64,000 bases of DNA from an uncultured Chloroflexia bacterium (GTDB lineage Bacteria > Chloroflexota > Chloroflexia > QHBQ01 > JADMIH01), in NCBI GenBank assembly GCA_963797095.1, contig CAWCNY010000005.1, forward strand, positions 64,001 to 128,000, written 5' to 3'. The notes under the pieces were generated by a model. It was not told the DNA's origin. It did not search any database and saw nothing but the letters and a program-made list of their open reading frames with translations. The translations under genes and the position numbers were made by a program. Within the stretch, counting starts at the first letter, position 1; every line of letters begins with the position of its first letter. Shown here in pieces: positions 9,792 through 19,688 of this stretch.

Positions 9792-11018
9792 GTGGATGCT
9801 CTGAGCGATGATGTGGTTGGACAATTGAAGGCGGGGGCGGAGGGGTTGCGCGACTCTATGACCGCGTTTGCACGGGATTTGATCGCCTTGCCGAGTTTGC
9901 CTGGTCAGGAGGGGGCAGTTGCCCGGCGCGTGGTTGAGGAGATGAGCAAGATCGGCTATGACGAGGTGCGCGTGGACGAGACGGGCAATGTGATCGGCTT
10001 GATAAGAGCTAACGGTGGAAATGGCAGGAGTAAGCGCAGCGTCATGTTCAACACGCACATGGACCAGGTGGATGTTGGCGACCCGGCACGCTGGCCCTAT
10101 CCCCCGTTTGAGGGGGTGGTCGCTGACGGGAAGATATGGGGGCGCGGTGCCAGCGATTTGAAAGGGGCGCTGGCTGCGCAGGTATACGCGGGGGCACTCT
10201 TGCTGGCGTCGGGGGTTGCGCGTCCCAACGACATGTATGTGTCGGGTGTGGTGCAGGAGGAGATCGGCGGGCACGGGGCGGCGATGCTCGCTAGAGAGTT
10301 GAAGACCGATTACGTGGTGGTGGGCGAGCCTTCGGCGAACCGGCTGGCGCTGGGCCACCGGGGTCGATTTGAGATACATGTAACTGTGAGCGGCAAATCG
10401 GTGCACGCGAGCGTTCCCCAGACGGGGATTAATCCCCTTTATTCGATGGCGAGGTTCCTGCTTACCCTGGAGGGGCTGCGCTTCGACCCCGATCCTAGTA
10501 ACCCGGCGCTTGGTCCAACTACGGTCGCGCCCACCCTTATCTCGACCGACCAGGTGAGCGCCAACGTGGTACCGGGCGAGTGCAAGGTGGTGCTCGATAT
10601 CCGCAATCCGCCGGGGCACAAGCCAGATGACATCCTGGAGCGGGTACAACAGTTGCTTAACACCGCGCTTGTGGACGGCGCGACGGGTACGGCTGAAATA
10701 CCCCTAACAGTTATGACGAGCTACACAGGCGTGGCGCGCACCTATAGGATACCGTCGGTGCCGTTCGGGCTTGCGGAGGATAGCCATCTTGCGGTGGCGT
10801 CACGAGCAATCGTGTCCAAAGCACTGGGAAGGGATGTGCCCACGCAGTTGTGGCGGTTCGCCACCGATGCCGGGCACTTTGTGGCAGGAGGAATGCAGGT
10901 CGTAGGATTTGGGCCTGGGTACGAGGAAGTGATCCACACGATCAACGAGCATATCTCGATTGAGCTTATGATGGAAGCTATGGTCGCGAATGCAGCACTG
11001 GCGGTCGCACTCACATGA
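9792..11018 (+). CDS. M20 family metallohydrolase (ArgE/DapE-like)
   Basis: NTHMD, GRGASDLKG, QEEIGG, GEPS and C-terminal HTINE. Start uncertain (GTG 9792). Confidence 0.88.
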   Translation: MDALSDDVVGQLKAGAEGLRDSMTAFARDLIALPSLPGQEGAVARRVVEEMSKIGYDEVRVDETGNVIGLIRANGGNGRSKRSVMFNTHMDQVDVGDPARWPYPPFEGVVADGKIWGRGASDLKGALAAQVYAGALLLASGVARPNDMYVSGVVQEEIGGHGAAMLARELKTDYVVVGEPSANRLALGHRGRFEIHVTVSGKSVHASVPQTGINPLYSMARFLLTLEGLRFDPDPSNPALGPTTVAPTLISTDQVSANVVPGECKVVLDIRNPPGHKPDDILERVQQLLNTALVDGATGTAEIPLTVMTSYTGVARTYRIPSVPFGLAEDSHLAVASRAIVSKALGRDVPTQLWRFATDAGHFVAGGMQVVGFGPGYEEVIHTINEHISIELMMEAMVANAALAVALT

Positions 11019-11093
11019 CGGGCTAACTGAGTGTTGAAACGTCTCCGATGGGACCGAGAAGTTTGTACCACATCAAAGGAGGGGATACAGGAC

Positions 11094-11720
11094 ATGAGAT
11101 TCGATCTTGAGACAGAGATACGGTTCTCCGATGGAGAGCGGGCAGGTATTTTGCAGAAGGTTGCCGTGGCTAAGGATGGCAGCGTCGTCAGCGTGATCAT
11201 GGCTACGGACCATCTCTTATCGCGAACCGTCATGGTGCCCCCAAACGCACTGTCGGAGGCACCGGGCAACGTCTTGCAGATCAACCTGAGCGATGATGAG
11301 ATCGGCAAGCTGCCGGACTACGTGGAGGAGATGGAGCCTGCCATATCAGATGGGTGGGATTTCGACCCCGAACCGATCCCCGGCGCTGATGTGTTTCCGG
11401 CGACTCTGTATGAGCCGAACATTCCGGTGGTGGAGGTTCCAAATCTGCCTGAGGGCGTTATCAGCATCAGCCAGAGCACGGAGGTCGATTGCACTGACGG
11501 GCGCTGGGGGATCGTGGACGAAGTGCTGACCGGCGACGATGGCAAGGTATCCCACATCGTGGGCAGGTCGGACGATGAAGAGGAATACGACCAACTCATT
11601 CCGGTGGAAGCAATCAGAGAATACAGCAGCGAGACGGTTACGCTCAATTGCACGCTGGCGGAACTGCCTGCTAACAGCGAAGAGCTGGTAGACGAGGCGG
11701 AAGAACCCGAGGTTGAGTGA
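11094..11720 (+). CDS. Acidic protein with two PRC-barrel-like repeats
   Basis: AAGGAGG before ATG 11094. Repeated V..SDG/TDG..G.V..V pattern. Confidence 0.65.
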   Translation: MRFDLETEIRFSDGERAGILQKVAVAKDGSVVSVIMATDHLLSRTVMVPPNALSEAPGNVLQINLSDDEIGKLPDYVEEMEPAISDGWDFDPEPIPGADVFPATLYEPNIPVVEVPNLPEGVISISQSTEVDCTDGRWGIVDEVLTGDDGKVSHIVGRSDDEEEYDQLIPVEAIREYSSETVTLNCTLAELPANSEELVDEAEEPEVE

Positions 11721-11773
11721 TTGGCGTGTGGGACGAGTAACGTAGGGCTGATTGTGCGCGGGGGGAGCCACCA

Positions 11774-12742
11774 ATGAGCATGATAGAGATGAAGAATGTC
11801 ACCAAGAAGTTCGGTGACAAGACCGTGCTCTCGCATCTGAACTTTGACGTGCACGAGGGGGAGATCTTCGGGTTCATCGGCCCCAGCGGATCGGGCAAGA
11901 CGACGTGCATCAGGTTGATGATGGGCGTGCTTGAGCCTACCGAGGGGCAGGTGATCTTGATGGGGCAAGACCCGGCCAAGCCTCATTCGAATATACGCGA
12001 GCGCTTCGGATACCTGCCCCAGTTGTTCGTGCTATTCCCCAACCTGACCGTGCGCGAAAACCTGAACTTCGCTGGGTCTTTGTATGGCATCGGGCCAATG
12101 AAGCGGCGGCAAAGGATAAAGGAGATGCTTCAGTTCGTGGAGCTGACCGAGGCCGCCGACCGCGTTGCGGCCAATGTTTCGGGGGGGATGCTCAGAAGGT
12201 TGGAGTTGGCAGCTTCGCTGCTGCACGACCCGCCTCTTCTGTTTGCCGACGAACCAACCGCCGGAATCGATCCGGTGCTGCGCGGCAAGTTCTGGGAAGA
12301 GTTTCGCCACCTGCGCGAGCGTGGCCGCACCATCTTCGTCACGACGCAGTACGTCGGAGAGATAGAGTATTGCGACCGGGTCGGCATTATCCAGGACGGA
12401 AGGATCGTGGCCCTCGACACGCCCGTGGCGCTGCGCAGGACGGCACTTGGTGGGGAGTTGGTAGATGTTGTGACGGAAGTGCTGACACCTGCGGCGTTCG
12501 CCAATCTGCGCCGGCTACCTTTCGTGAGATGGATATTGCCGGATCATACCGATCCAAACCGGATCAGGGTGAGCGTTGTGGAAGCATCCGAAGCAATACC
12601 TCACATAGTAGAAGTCCTCAACCAGAGCAATAGTGAGATTGTCACCATCGAGGAATACAAGCCGAGTTTCGACGAGATTTTCGTGGAGTTGATGAAGCAA
12701 GGCGAGCAGACCCAGGAGATTCTCAGTGCAGTCAATCACTAA
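11774..12742 (+). CDS. ABC-2 exporter ATP-binding protein
   Basis: GPSGSGKT, VSGGM, FADEPTAGID. Confidence 0.93.
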   Translation: MSMIEMKNVTKKFGDKTVLSHLNFDVHEGEIFGFIGPSGSGKTTCIRLMMGVLEPTEGQVILMGQDPAKPHSNIRERFGYLPQLFVLFPNLTVRENLNFAGSLYGIGPMKRRQRIKEMLQFVELTEAADRVAANVSGGMLRRLELAASLLHDPPLLFADEPTAGIDPVLRGKFWEEFRHLRERGRTIFVTTQYVGEIEYCDRVGIIQDGRIVALDTPVALRRTALGGELVDVVTEVLTPAAFANLRRLPFVRWILPDHTDPNRIRVSVVEASEAIPHIVEVLNQSNSEIVTIEEYKPSFDEIFVELMKQGEQTQEILSAVNH

Positions 12743-14300
12743 GCGCCTGGTCAGGGCCGGGGCCTTCATCGGCAAAGAGATCAACGAGGTGCGGCGACAG
12801 CCAAGGTTGGTGTTGTCGCTGATATTAGGCCCGTTCCTGATTCTGCTGTTGTTCGGGATTGGATACCGGGGAGAGAGCGGAAGCCTTAGCGGCATTTTTG
12901 TGCTGCCAAATGATGGGGCCTACTCGCAAAATATCGACGATTACCAGAAGCTGGTGGGCGACAGGCTCAAGATCGAGTACCTGACCACCGACCTGCAAGC
13001 CGCGCTTGATGATTTGAACAAGAACAAGGTTGAGCTGGTGGTGGTTGTGCCCACAGACGTTGGGCAGCAGATTTCTTCGGGCGCACAGGTGAAGATACCG
13101 ATCTTTTTCAACGAGGTGGACCCGCTGAGGCGGGACTGGATCATCTATCTCACCTACGTTTACACGAACGAGATCAACAAGCAAACACTGGCCGAAGCAG
13201 CGCGACAGGGCCAGGAGAACGCAGGGGATGTGCGCGCCACCATAATCCGGATGAGGAATTCGCTTGCCCTGGTCGAGCAGAGGATGGCGGCAGGCGACGT
13301 GGCGGGGGCCACGCAGGAGGCCCAGGGCTTGCAAGGTCCGGCGTCGAACATGCAACTCATTTTGTTGCTAATGGCGCAACTGATGACTTCTAATAACACG
13401 CTGATTAAGCCTGCCCAGCCGCAGGACCCCGGCCAGGCCAACATAGTGCAGAGCGGGACCCTGGTGCAACGTTTTTCGAGCGACCTCCAGGACTTGAACA
13501 ACGAACTGAACAGCCCCAATCCGGACCCACAGCGAGTGCGCGAGCTTATCACGCGCGTGCGGCAGGACCTGGACGAGTTGGAGAAGGTGACAGAGCAGTT
13601 CCAGACGATCAACCCATTGGTGCTGGCGGCTCCTTTCACATCAGAAGCTAAAAATACGGCTCCTTTGACACCGAGTTTCACCTCGTATTACGCGCCCGGC
13701 ATGCTTATCTTGATCCTTCAGCATATGGCGGTTACACTAGCTTCGCTGTCGATGGTGAGGGAGCGGATGCTGGGTACTGTGGAGTTGTTCAGGGTGTCGC
13801 CGATCAAGCCATCTGAGATACTGGTGGGCAAGCACATTAGTTTTCTGTTGCTGCTGGCGGCGGTGGCGGCGCTACTCTTGTTAATGATGAGCAACGAGCT
13901 TACGATTGGGGACGTGAGGCTCAGCCTTGGGGTGCCGATCCTGGGCGATTGGCTCTACCTGATACTGACGCTGGCGCTGACGATCTTCGCCTCGGTGGGG
14001 CTTGGCTTCTTTATCTCGACCATCTCGAAGTCTGAAAGCCAGGCGGTGCAACTATCGATGCTGATCCTGCTTGCCTCGGTCTTCTTCAGCGGTTTCTTCC
14101 TTCGGATCGAGACTATCTGGGAACCGATCAGGGCGGTTTCGTATTCGCTGCCGGTTACCTACGGAATCGCTAGTTTGCAGGTGATAATGCTGCGAGGTGG
14201 TACGCCCGATTTTCTCTTCCTGCTGGCGCTGGGTGGACTGGGGCTGTTCTTTACGATCCTGAGCTATTTCCTATTGAGGCGAGACCTGCAACGCGGCTAG
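12726..14300 (+). CDS. ABC-2 type permease with large extracellular helical domain
   Basis: N-terminal TM, long loop, ER..GTVEL..SP motif and 5 C-terminal TMs. Overlaps the ATPase gene. Confidence 0.88.
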   Translation: MQSITKRLVRAGAFIGKEINEVRRQPRLVLSLILGPFLILLLFGIGYRGESGSLSGIFVLPNDGAYSQNIDDYQKLVGDRLKIEYLTTDLQAALDDLNKNKVELVVVVPTDVGQQISSGAQVKIPIFFNEVDPLRRDWIIYLTYVYTNEINKQTLAEAARQGQENAGDVRATIIRMRNSLALVEQRMAAGDVAGATQEAQGLQGPASNMQLILLLMAQLMTSNNTLIKPAQPQDPGQANIVQSGTLVQRFSSDLQDLNNELNSPNPDPQRVRELITRVRQDLDELEKVTEQFQTINPLVLAAPFTSEAKNTAPLTPSFTSYYAPGMLILILQHMAVTLASLSMVRERMLGTVELFRVSPIKPSEILVGKHISFLLLLAAVAALLLLMMSNELTIGDVRLSLGVPILGDWLYLILTLALTIFASVGLGFFISTISKSESQAVQLSMLILLASVFFSGFFLRIETIWEPIRAVSYSLPVTYGIASLQVIMLRGGTPDFLFLLALGGLGLFFTILSYFLLRRDLQRG

Positions 14301-14304
14301 TAGC

Positions 14305-15348
14305 TTATGGGGGTGGGATTGGCTTCATGAATTCGCCTGCGCACCAGCCTGAGGCCGATGGATTCGCGGGGTCGTAGGTATCGACCTTCCACCAGGTGTA
14401 GCCGTTGGCCTCCTGCGGCCCGTCTATGACGTGGGCATTATTACCATTCTGTAAAACCCCAAGACGTGCGCCTGCGGTGGTCGGATCGGAGCGTATTATG
14501 ACGTTGGATGTGGCCTGGACCCAGCCGCCGATGCCGATCACGTCGGAAGGCGGTGGGGGCACAGGTGTAACAGTGGGTGCGGGCGGGACGGTCGATGTGG
14601 GATCACCGAATCCGGTGGGGGTGGGCTGTGGCGCGGGTGTGAGGGTGGGGAGCACACCGGGGTTGGTGCCTTTCTTCTGACTCAGCAGGAGGACGCCACT
14701 TGTCACCGCAATGAGGATCACGATAAAGGTCACGCCGATGAGGAGCAGGCGGTCGCGCCCCATGCCGAAGATGATCGGGCGCTGCGGTGGTTTGACTGCC
14801 TTTGCCTTACCCTTGGCGGTCCCGGTGCCAGCAATACCCTGTGGTTTCGTGATGGCAGAAATGGGGCCGGTGCTTGAGCCGTTGGACGCCGGAGTGTCGA
14901 TCTGCTCTAGCTCAAGCGTGCTTTGCGCCCCATTTCGAGAGCCGGAGGCCATATCAACAGGCTCTGAATAAGGCTGTTCGCCGGTAGCCAGCACATCGTT
15001 AGCATCGTCAGCGGTCACAGCGGTCATGCCGGCCATAGGGGTGATGCCTGTGTGGGTGACGCGTTGGCCGCGCGCGTCCATCATTTCCATCGGGATGGAG
15101 GGGGCGATCCTGGGCTTGTGGGCCACACGACCGGTGCTGCCCGATCCGGCAGAGGGGATCGGCCCGGTAATCGGCTCCCAATAGTCTATGAACGTGCGGT
15201 TGCACGCCAGGCTATCGGCCTCAACAAGGTGATTCGTGTTGCGGTCATAGAGCAGAGGATTACGACACCAACCTTTGCGCCATAGAGGCGACGGTTGGTA
15301 GTGTTTGCACGTACTACACTTCCGCTCACGGATCTTCGAGGGATTCAT
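14305..15348 (-). CDS. Membrane protein: N-terminal Cys4 motif, single TM, Pro/Thr linker, C-terminal SH3b-like domain
   Basis: CSTC..WC..C; hydrophobic LLLIGVTFIVILIAV; VIIRSDP...IDGPQEANGYTWWKV...GWCA. Confidence 0.75.
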   Translation of the reverse strand: MNPSKIRERKCSTCKHYQPSPLWRKGWCRNPLLYDRNTNHLVEADSLACNRTFIDYWEPITGPIPSAGSGSTGRVAHKPRIAPSIPMEMMDARGQRVTHTGITPMAGMTAVTADDANDVLATGEQPYSEPVDMASGSRNGAQSTLELEQIDTPASNGSSTGPISAITKPQGIAGTGTAKGKAKAVKPPQRPIIFGMGRDRLLLIGVTFIVILIAVTSGVLLLSQKKGTNPGVLPTLTPAPQPTPTGFGDPTSTVPPAPTVTPVPPPPSDVIGIGGWVQATSNVIIRSDPTTAGARLGVLQNGNNAHVIDGPQEANGYTWWKVDTYDPANPSASGWCAGEFMKPIPPP

Positions 15349-15450
15349 GTAAACCTGGGGTTCTTTCTGCTTTCTTACAGGGACCTTATTTGCGCGTCTC
15401 AGCGCACACTATAACATCAGTCCACGCGATAAGTCAAACGAAAAAATGTG

Positions 15451-16389
15451 CTATTCCTTCTGCCATTCTTCATAAAGGTAGTAGTTTGCTGCGGCAGCCG
15501 CCATGCCGCCTTCGTGCACAGCGCTGGTAACTTGATGGTTGAATAGCTTGGTTACGTCGCCTGCGGCGTACGCGCCTTCTATCGAGGTGCTTTGTTCTAC
15601 ATCTGCCATGATATAGCCATGTTCGTCTGTGGCGATACCAAGCTTGTGGGCTAATTGCGTGTTTGGCTCAATCCATTGTGTCACAAAAAGGCAGTCAAGA
15701 TCAACCACTGTACCATCTTTGAGCGTAAGGGAGGCAAGTTGTCCTTGAGGCGCGCAGTTGAAGGAGCTTACCTCCGAGTTGTAGACGGTGATACCGTGTT
15801 CGCGAAGGTCGGTGCGGTTTTCAGCTTCCGCATGGAGGGGCGCGTTCCAGGGGACCAGACTCACCATACCGGTGAAGACAAGAAGCTGAAGTGCGAGCGA
15901 GGTGGCACGGTTGCCGCTGCCCAGCACCACTATACGTTTGCCCATAGCTTCATACCCGTCGCAGATAATGCACCAGAAGATCGACTTGCCGATACAGTCA
16001 TCGCTTCCCTCAAACTCCGGGAAGCTATCGGTTACTCCTGTGGCGATTATGAGGGTGCGCGCAACCACCATGTTGTGGCGGGTTTGGAGATAGAACCGGC
16101 GGTCAGGCCATTCGCCTTCGACGCGTGCATCATCCACGCGACCGTCAACGAACTGCGCGCCGTAGCGCTCCGCTTGCTCGCGACCAACCTCGCGTAGTGC
16201 GCGCGCGTGAATACCATCGGGGAAGCCGAGATAGTTGCGGTTGACCTGGTGCCAGTTTGAACGCCCTTCATGGTCGTCTATCACGATTACGCTGCGGCGC
16301 ATCCGGCCCATGTAGAGGGCGGCCGAGAGTCCGGCAGGTCCGGCCCCAATAACGGCACAGTCGTATAATTGATCGTTAGTTTCAGCCAT
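15451..16389 (-). CDS. Thioredoxin reductase-like FAD/NAD(P) oxidoreductase
   Basis: IGAGPAGLSAA, IIATG, CIICDG, YAAGD. Confidence 0.9.
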   Translation of the reverse strand: MAETNDQLYDCAVIGAGPAGLSAALYMGRMRRSVIVIDDHEGRSNWHQVNRNYLGFPDGIHARALREVGREQAERYGAQFVDGRVDDARVEGEWPDRRFYLQTRHNMVVARTLIIATGVTDSFPEFEGSDDCIGKSIFWCIICDGYEAMGKRIVVLGSGNRATSLALQLLVFTGMVSLVPWNAPLHAEAENRTDLREHGITVYNSEVSSFNCAPQGQLASLTLKDGTVVDLDCLFVTQWIEPNTQLAHKLGIATDEHGYIMADVEQSTSIEGAYAAGDVTKLFNHQVTSAVHEGGMAAAAANYYLYEEWQKE

Positions 16390-16465
16390 TTCACAAGCCT
16401 CTTAACCTTGTGCCTGAACGGGTGGATTCTTACCAAGACATCGAAATTGGGGGAGAGAAAAATAA

Positions 16466-16493
16466 GCAGGGACGAGGCATGCCTCGCCCCTAC
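16466..16493 (-). repeat. GTAG-type REP palindrome
   Basis: Minus strand GTAGGGGCGAGGCATGCCTCGTCCCTGC, an imperfect palindrome in an intergenic spacer. Confidence 0.65.
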
Positions 16494-16541
16494 TCCGGTC
16501 GTTGCAGCAGGTTTCGTACCCGGGCACCGCAAGGCGCTGGG

Positions 16542-17969
16542 TTATTGCAGGTTTTTTACGGCAGATGTGAGGGCTTCGGCGGTTTCTTTGGCGTCGCCGA
16601 AGAGCATCGAGGTCTTTGGCTCGTAGAAGAGATCGTTGTCGATGCCCGCGAAGCCGCTGCGCATGCTACGCTTCATGACGATCACATTCTGAGCGCGGTC
16701 AACATCGATGATGGGCATACCGTAGATGGGGCTCTTGGAGTCGGAGCGGGCGGCGGGGTTGACCACGTCGTTCGCGCCGATCACCAGGGCAACGTCAGTC
16801 CTCGGCATGTCCGGATTGATCTGCTCCATCTCGTAAAGCTGGTTGTAGGGCACATCGGCCTCGGCCAGCAGCACGTTCATGTGGCCTGGCATGCGGCCAG
16901 CCACGGGGTGTATGCCGTACTTGACCGTTACGCCTCGATCCTCAAGCTGCTTGGCAAGCTCTTGCACGGCGTTCTGAGCGCGTGCCACGGCCATACCGTA
17001 GCCTGGAACGATCACGACCTGATTGGCGTAGGCAAGGAGGGTGGCAGCATCATCAACGGACACTTCGCGGATCGGCCTGGAGCCGGCGGCGGCACCGGAT
17101 ACTTCGGCGCTCCCGCCTGTGCCGAAGGCCCCAAACAGGATGTTGGTGAGGGGGCGGTTCATAGCCTTGCTCATCAACTGGGTGAGGAGGGTACCGGAAG
17201 CGCCAACGAGGGCACCCGCGATAACGAGCACGTTGCTGCGGAGCACGAACCCGGTAAAGGCAGCAGCCAGTCCTGTGAACGAGTTGAGCAGCGAGATCAC
17301 GACAGGCATATCAGCGCCGCCAATGGGCATTGTGATCGCGATGCCAAGAGCCATCGCCAGCACCGCCATTACGATCAATACCCAGCGATGGAGATCGCCG
17401 GCGGGAGCGACTACCAGGAAGATGCCCATGACAACTATCAGGACGGCTACAGCAGCGTTCACGATCTGCTGGCCCGCGTATGTTACGGGGCTGGCAGAGA
17501 TGAAGCCCTGGAGCTTACCGAGGGCGATGAAGCTGCCCGCTAGGCTTATGCTGCCGATTACGACGCCGAGCACAGTGGCTATCGAGAAATCGAGGCCATA
17601 AGAGACGCCGTTGTTCAACTTTTCGAAGAACTCTGACATGGAGGTAAGGGCTGCCGCCCCGCCTCCCATGCCGTTGAAGAGGGCGACCATCTGAGGCATG
17701 GCGGTCATCTCGACGGTGCGGGCGAGGTACCAGCCGACACCACCGCCGATTACGGAGCCAACAAGGATCAGGATCAGATGCCAGTCCAGGCCATTGATGA
17801 TGATGCTGGCATAGGTCGCCAGCACCGCGATTGTCATGCCCACCGCGGCCACCTGGTTGCCTGAACGAGCAGTTTTGGGGTTACTCAGCCTGCGCAAGCT
17901 GATGATGAAAGTCACAGCCGCCAGGAGGTAAGCTATTTCGATGTAGAGTTGAGGTGTGGTGAAGTCCAT
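16542..17969 (-). CDS. pntB: NAD(P) transhydrogenase subunit beta
   Basis: MTAMPQMVALFNG, GGADMPVVIS, VPGYGMAVA, HPVAGRMPGHMNVLLAEA. Confidence 0.97.
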   Translation of the reverse strand: MDFTTPQLYIEIAYLLAAVTFIISLRRLSNPKTARSGNQVAAVGMTIAVLATYASIIINGLDWHLILILVGSVIGGGVGWYLARTVEMTAMPQMVALFNGMGGGAAALTSMSEFFEKLNNGVSYGLDFSIATVLGVVIGSISLAGSFIALGKLQGFISASPVTYAGQQIVNAAVAVLIVVMGIFLVVAPAGDLHRWVLIVMAVLAMALGIAITMPIGGADMPVVISLLNSFTGLAAAFTGFVLRSNVLVIAGALVGASGTLLTQLMSKAMNRPLTNILFGAFGTGGSAEVSGAAAGSRPIREVSVDDAATLLAYANQVVIVPGYGMAVARAQNAVQELAKQLEDRGVTVKYGIHPVAGRMPGHMNVLLAEADVPYNQLYEMEQINPDMPRTDVALVIGANDVVNPAARSDSKSPIYGMPIIDVDRAQNVIVMKRSMRSGFAGIDNDLFYEPKTSMLFGDAKETAEALTSAVKNLQ

Positions 17970-17973
17970 ATGC

Positions 17974-18345
17974 TTACTTCTTGCCTCCAGCCCCGCTCCT
18001 GGGCTTGAACATTTGGAGCATACGGTCGGTGACTACGAAGCCGCCAACCACATTGCCCGCCGCAAAGACCACGCCGATGAAGCCGAGGATCAGCAGCAGG
18101 AGGTTGTCGCCGGAAGCCGCAAGCACCAGCATCGCACCTACCAGCACGATACCGTGGATGGCGTTCGTGCCCGACATCAGGGGGGTGTGCAGCATGGTAG
18201 GCACCTTCGAGATAACCTCGAAGCCCAGGAAGACCGACAGCACGAACACCACTATGATCATGAACAGGATTGGCAACTCAGGACCCGTACCGCCCTCCTG
18301 GGCAGCAGGCGCGGCCCCACTCGCCAACAGTAAACTGGTCAACAT
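17974..18345 (-). CDS. pntA: NAD(P) transhydrogenase subunit alpha part 2
   Basis: LHTPLMSGTNAIHG, NVVGGFVVTDRMLQMF. Confidence 0.95.
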   Translation of the reverse strand: MLTSLLLASGAAPAAQEGGTGPELPILFMIIVVFVLSVFLGFEVISKVPTMLHTPLMSGTNAIHGIVLVGAMLVLAASGDNLLLLILGFIGVVFAAGNVVGGFVVTDRMLQMFKPRSGAGGKK

Positions 18346-19520
18346 TACGCGCTCCTCCCAGCAGCCGCGGCGGTTTCCATCGCTTTCATTACGCCAGCGT
18401 GCTTTACAGCACCGTCATGGGTAATCAGCGTGCCCGCCACGATATCATCGTCCATGTTGAGGTTGAAATCGCCCTCCTTGGTGATCATGAGGCCAAGCAG
18501 GTTGAGCATGTTCTTGGAGTAAAGCTGGCTTGAATGGATCGGCATGGAGCTTGGCACGTTCAAGGGACCGAGGATGCGCACATTGTGCTTGATGAAATCA
18601 CAGCCAGGCTCGGTAAGGGTGCAGTTGCCGCCGTTCTCCGCCGCCAGGTCCACGATGACCGAGCCGGGTTTCATATCGCGCACCATTTCCTCGGTTACAA
18701 GCTCAGGGGCGGGCCTGCCGGGAATAAGGGCGGTGGTGATTACCACGTCGGAGTTTTTCACATGTTTATGGAGTAGCTCGACCTCGCGCTTGTGGGCTTC
18801 CTCGGATAGTTGAGTGGCGTAGCCGCCGGCAGTCTGTGTCTGCTCTTCGATAGGCATCTCAACGAATTTGGCACCCAGGCTTTCAACCTGCTCTTTTACG
18901 ACCGGGCGAACGTCGAACGCCTCCACGACTGCGCCAAGCCTGCGGGCGGTGGCTATCGCCATCAACCCGGCCACGCCTGCTCCCAGGACGAACACGCGAA
19001 CAGGGGGTACTGTACCCGCAGCGGTCATTAGCAGTGGGAAGAACTTGCCCATGGCGTTGGCGGCCAGCAGGACCGATTTGTAGCCCGCCACGGTGCTCAT
19101 AGAGGAGAGAGCGTCCATGCTCTGCGCACGGGTGGTACGCGGAATGGCATCCATGCTGAAGCTAGTGATCCCGGCTTCGGCGAGTTTGTTTACCAGGTCG
19201 TGATTCACCAGAGGCGAGAAGAAGGTGATCAATACCGACCCAGGTTTCATCATATCAATTTCGTGCTTGCCCATCGCTTCGTTCATGATGGGACGCCCAA
19301 CCTTGCAGATCACATCGCTATGAGCAAACAAATCGGCGGGACCGGCCACTATGGTCGCACCCGCCGATTTGTATGCTTCGTCCAGAAACGAGGATTCGAG
19401 GCCCGCGTCGCTTTCGACAAGCACCTCAACACCTTTCTTTACCAATTGTTGTACGCCTTCCGGGATAAGAGCCACACGTCGCTCACCCGGAATTATTTCT
19501 TTAGGGACACCTAGTTTCAA
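18345..19520 (-). CDS. pntA: NAD(P) transhydrogenase subunit alpha part 1
   Basis: GVPKE..GERRVAL, RAQSMDALSS, GAGVAGL, DLAAENGGNC. TTG start after GGAGG. Confidence 0.96.
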   Translation of the reverse strand: MKLGVPKEIIPGERRVALIPEGVQQLVKKGVEVLVESDAGLESSFLDEAYKSAGATIVAGPADLFAHSDVICKVGRPIMNEAMGKHEIDMMKPGSVLITFFSPLVNHDLVNKLAEAGITSFSMDAIPRTTRAQSMDALSSMSTVAGYKSVLLAANAMGKFFPLLMTAAGTVPPVRVFVLGAGVAGLMAIATARRLGAVVEAFDVRPVVKEQVESLGAKFVEMPIEEQTQTAGGYATQLSEEAHKREVELLHKHVKNSDVVITTALIPGRPAPELVTEEMVRDMKPGSVIVDLAAENGGNCTLTEPGCDFIKHNVRILGPLNVPSSMPIHSSQLYSKNMLNLLGLMITKEGDFNLNMDDDIVAGTLITHDGAVKHAGVMKAMETAAAAGRSA

Positions 19521-19558
19521 GAGTGCCTCCTTTTATCTTAGGTTTGTGCCAACCTTAA

Positions 19559-19586
19559 TTGTACCTCAATTCACAATATTCGTCTA
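19559..19586 (-). promoter_or_regulatory. pnt promoter overlapped by a Rex-like operator
   Basis: TTGTACC-TCAA-TTCACAA (19559-19576), 11/14 to TTGTGAA-N4-TTCACAA. Overlaps -10 TACAAT; -35 TAGACG at 17 bp. Confidence 0.55.
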
Positions 19587-19614
19587 ATGCCGTTCATAGC
19601 AATCTTCTCATGAA

Positions 19615-19642
19615 AAGGGGCAGACACTCTGGCCTGCCCCTA
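19615..19642 (-). terminator. Terminator after mdh
   Basis: AGGGGCAG/CTGCCCCT stem followed by a T run on the minus strand. Confidence 0.6.
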
Positions 19643-19688
19643 ACCTTCATCGCTTAGGGAAAGATTTCAAGACCCTGGATTTACGCGA

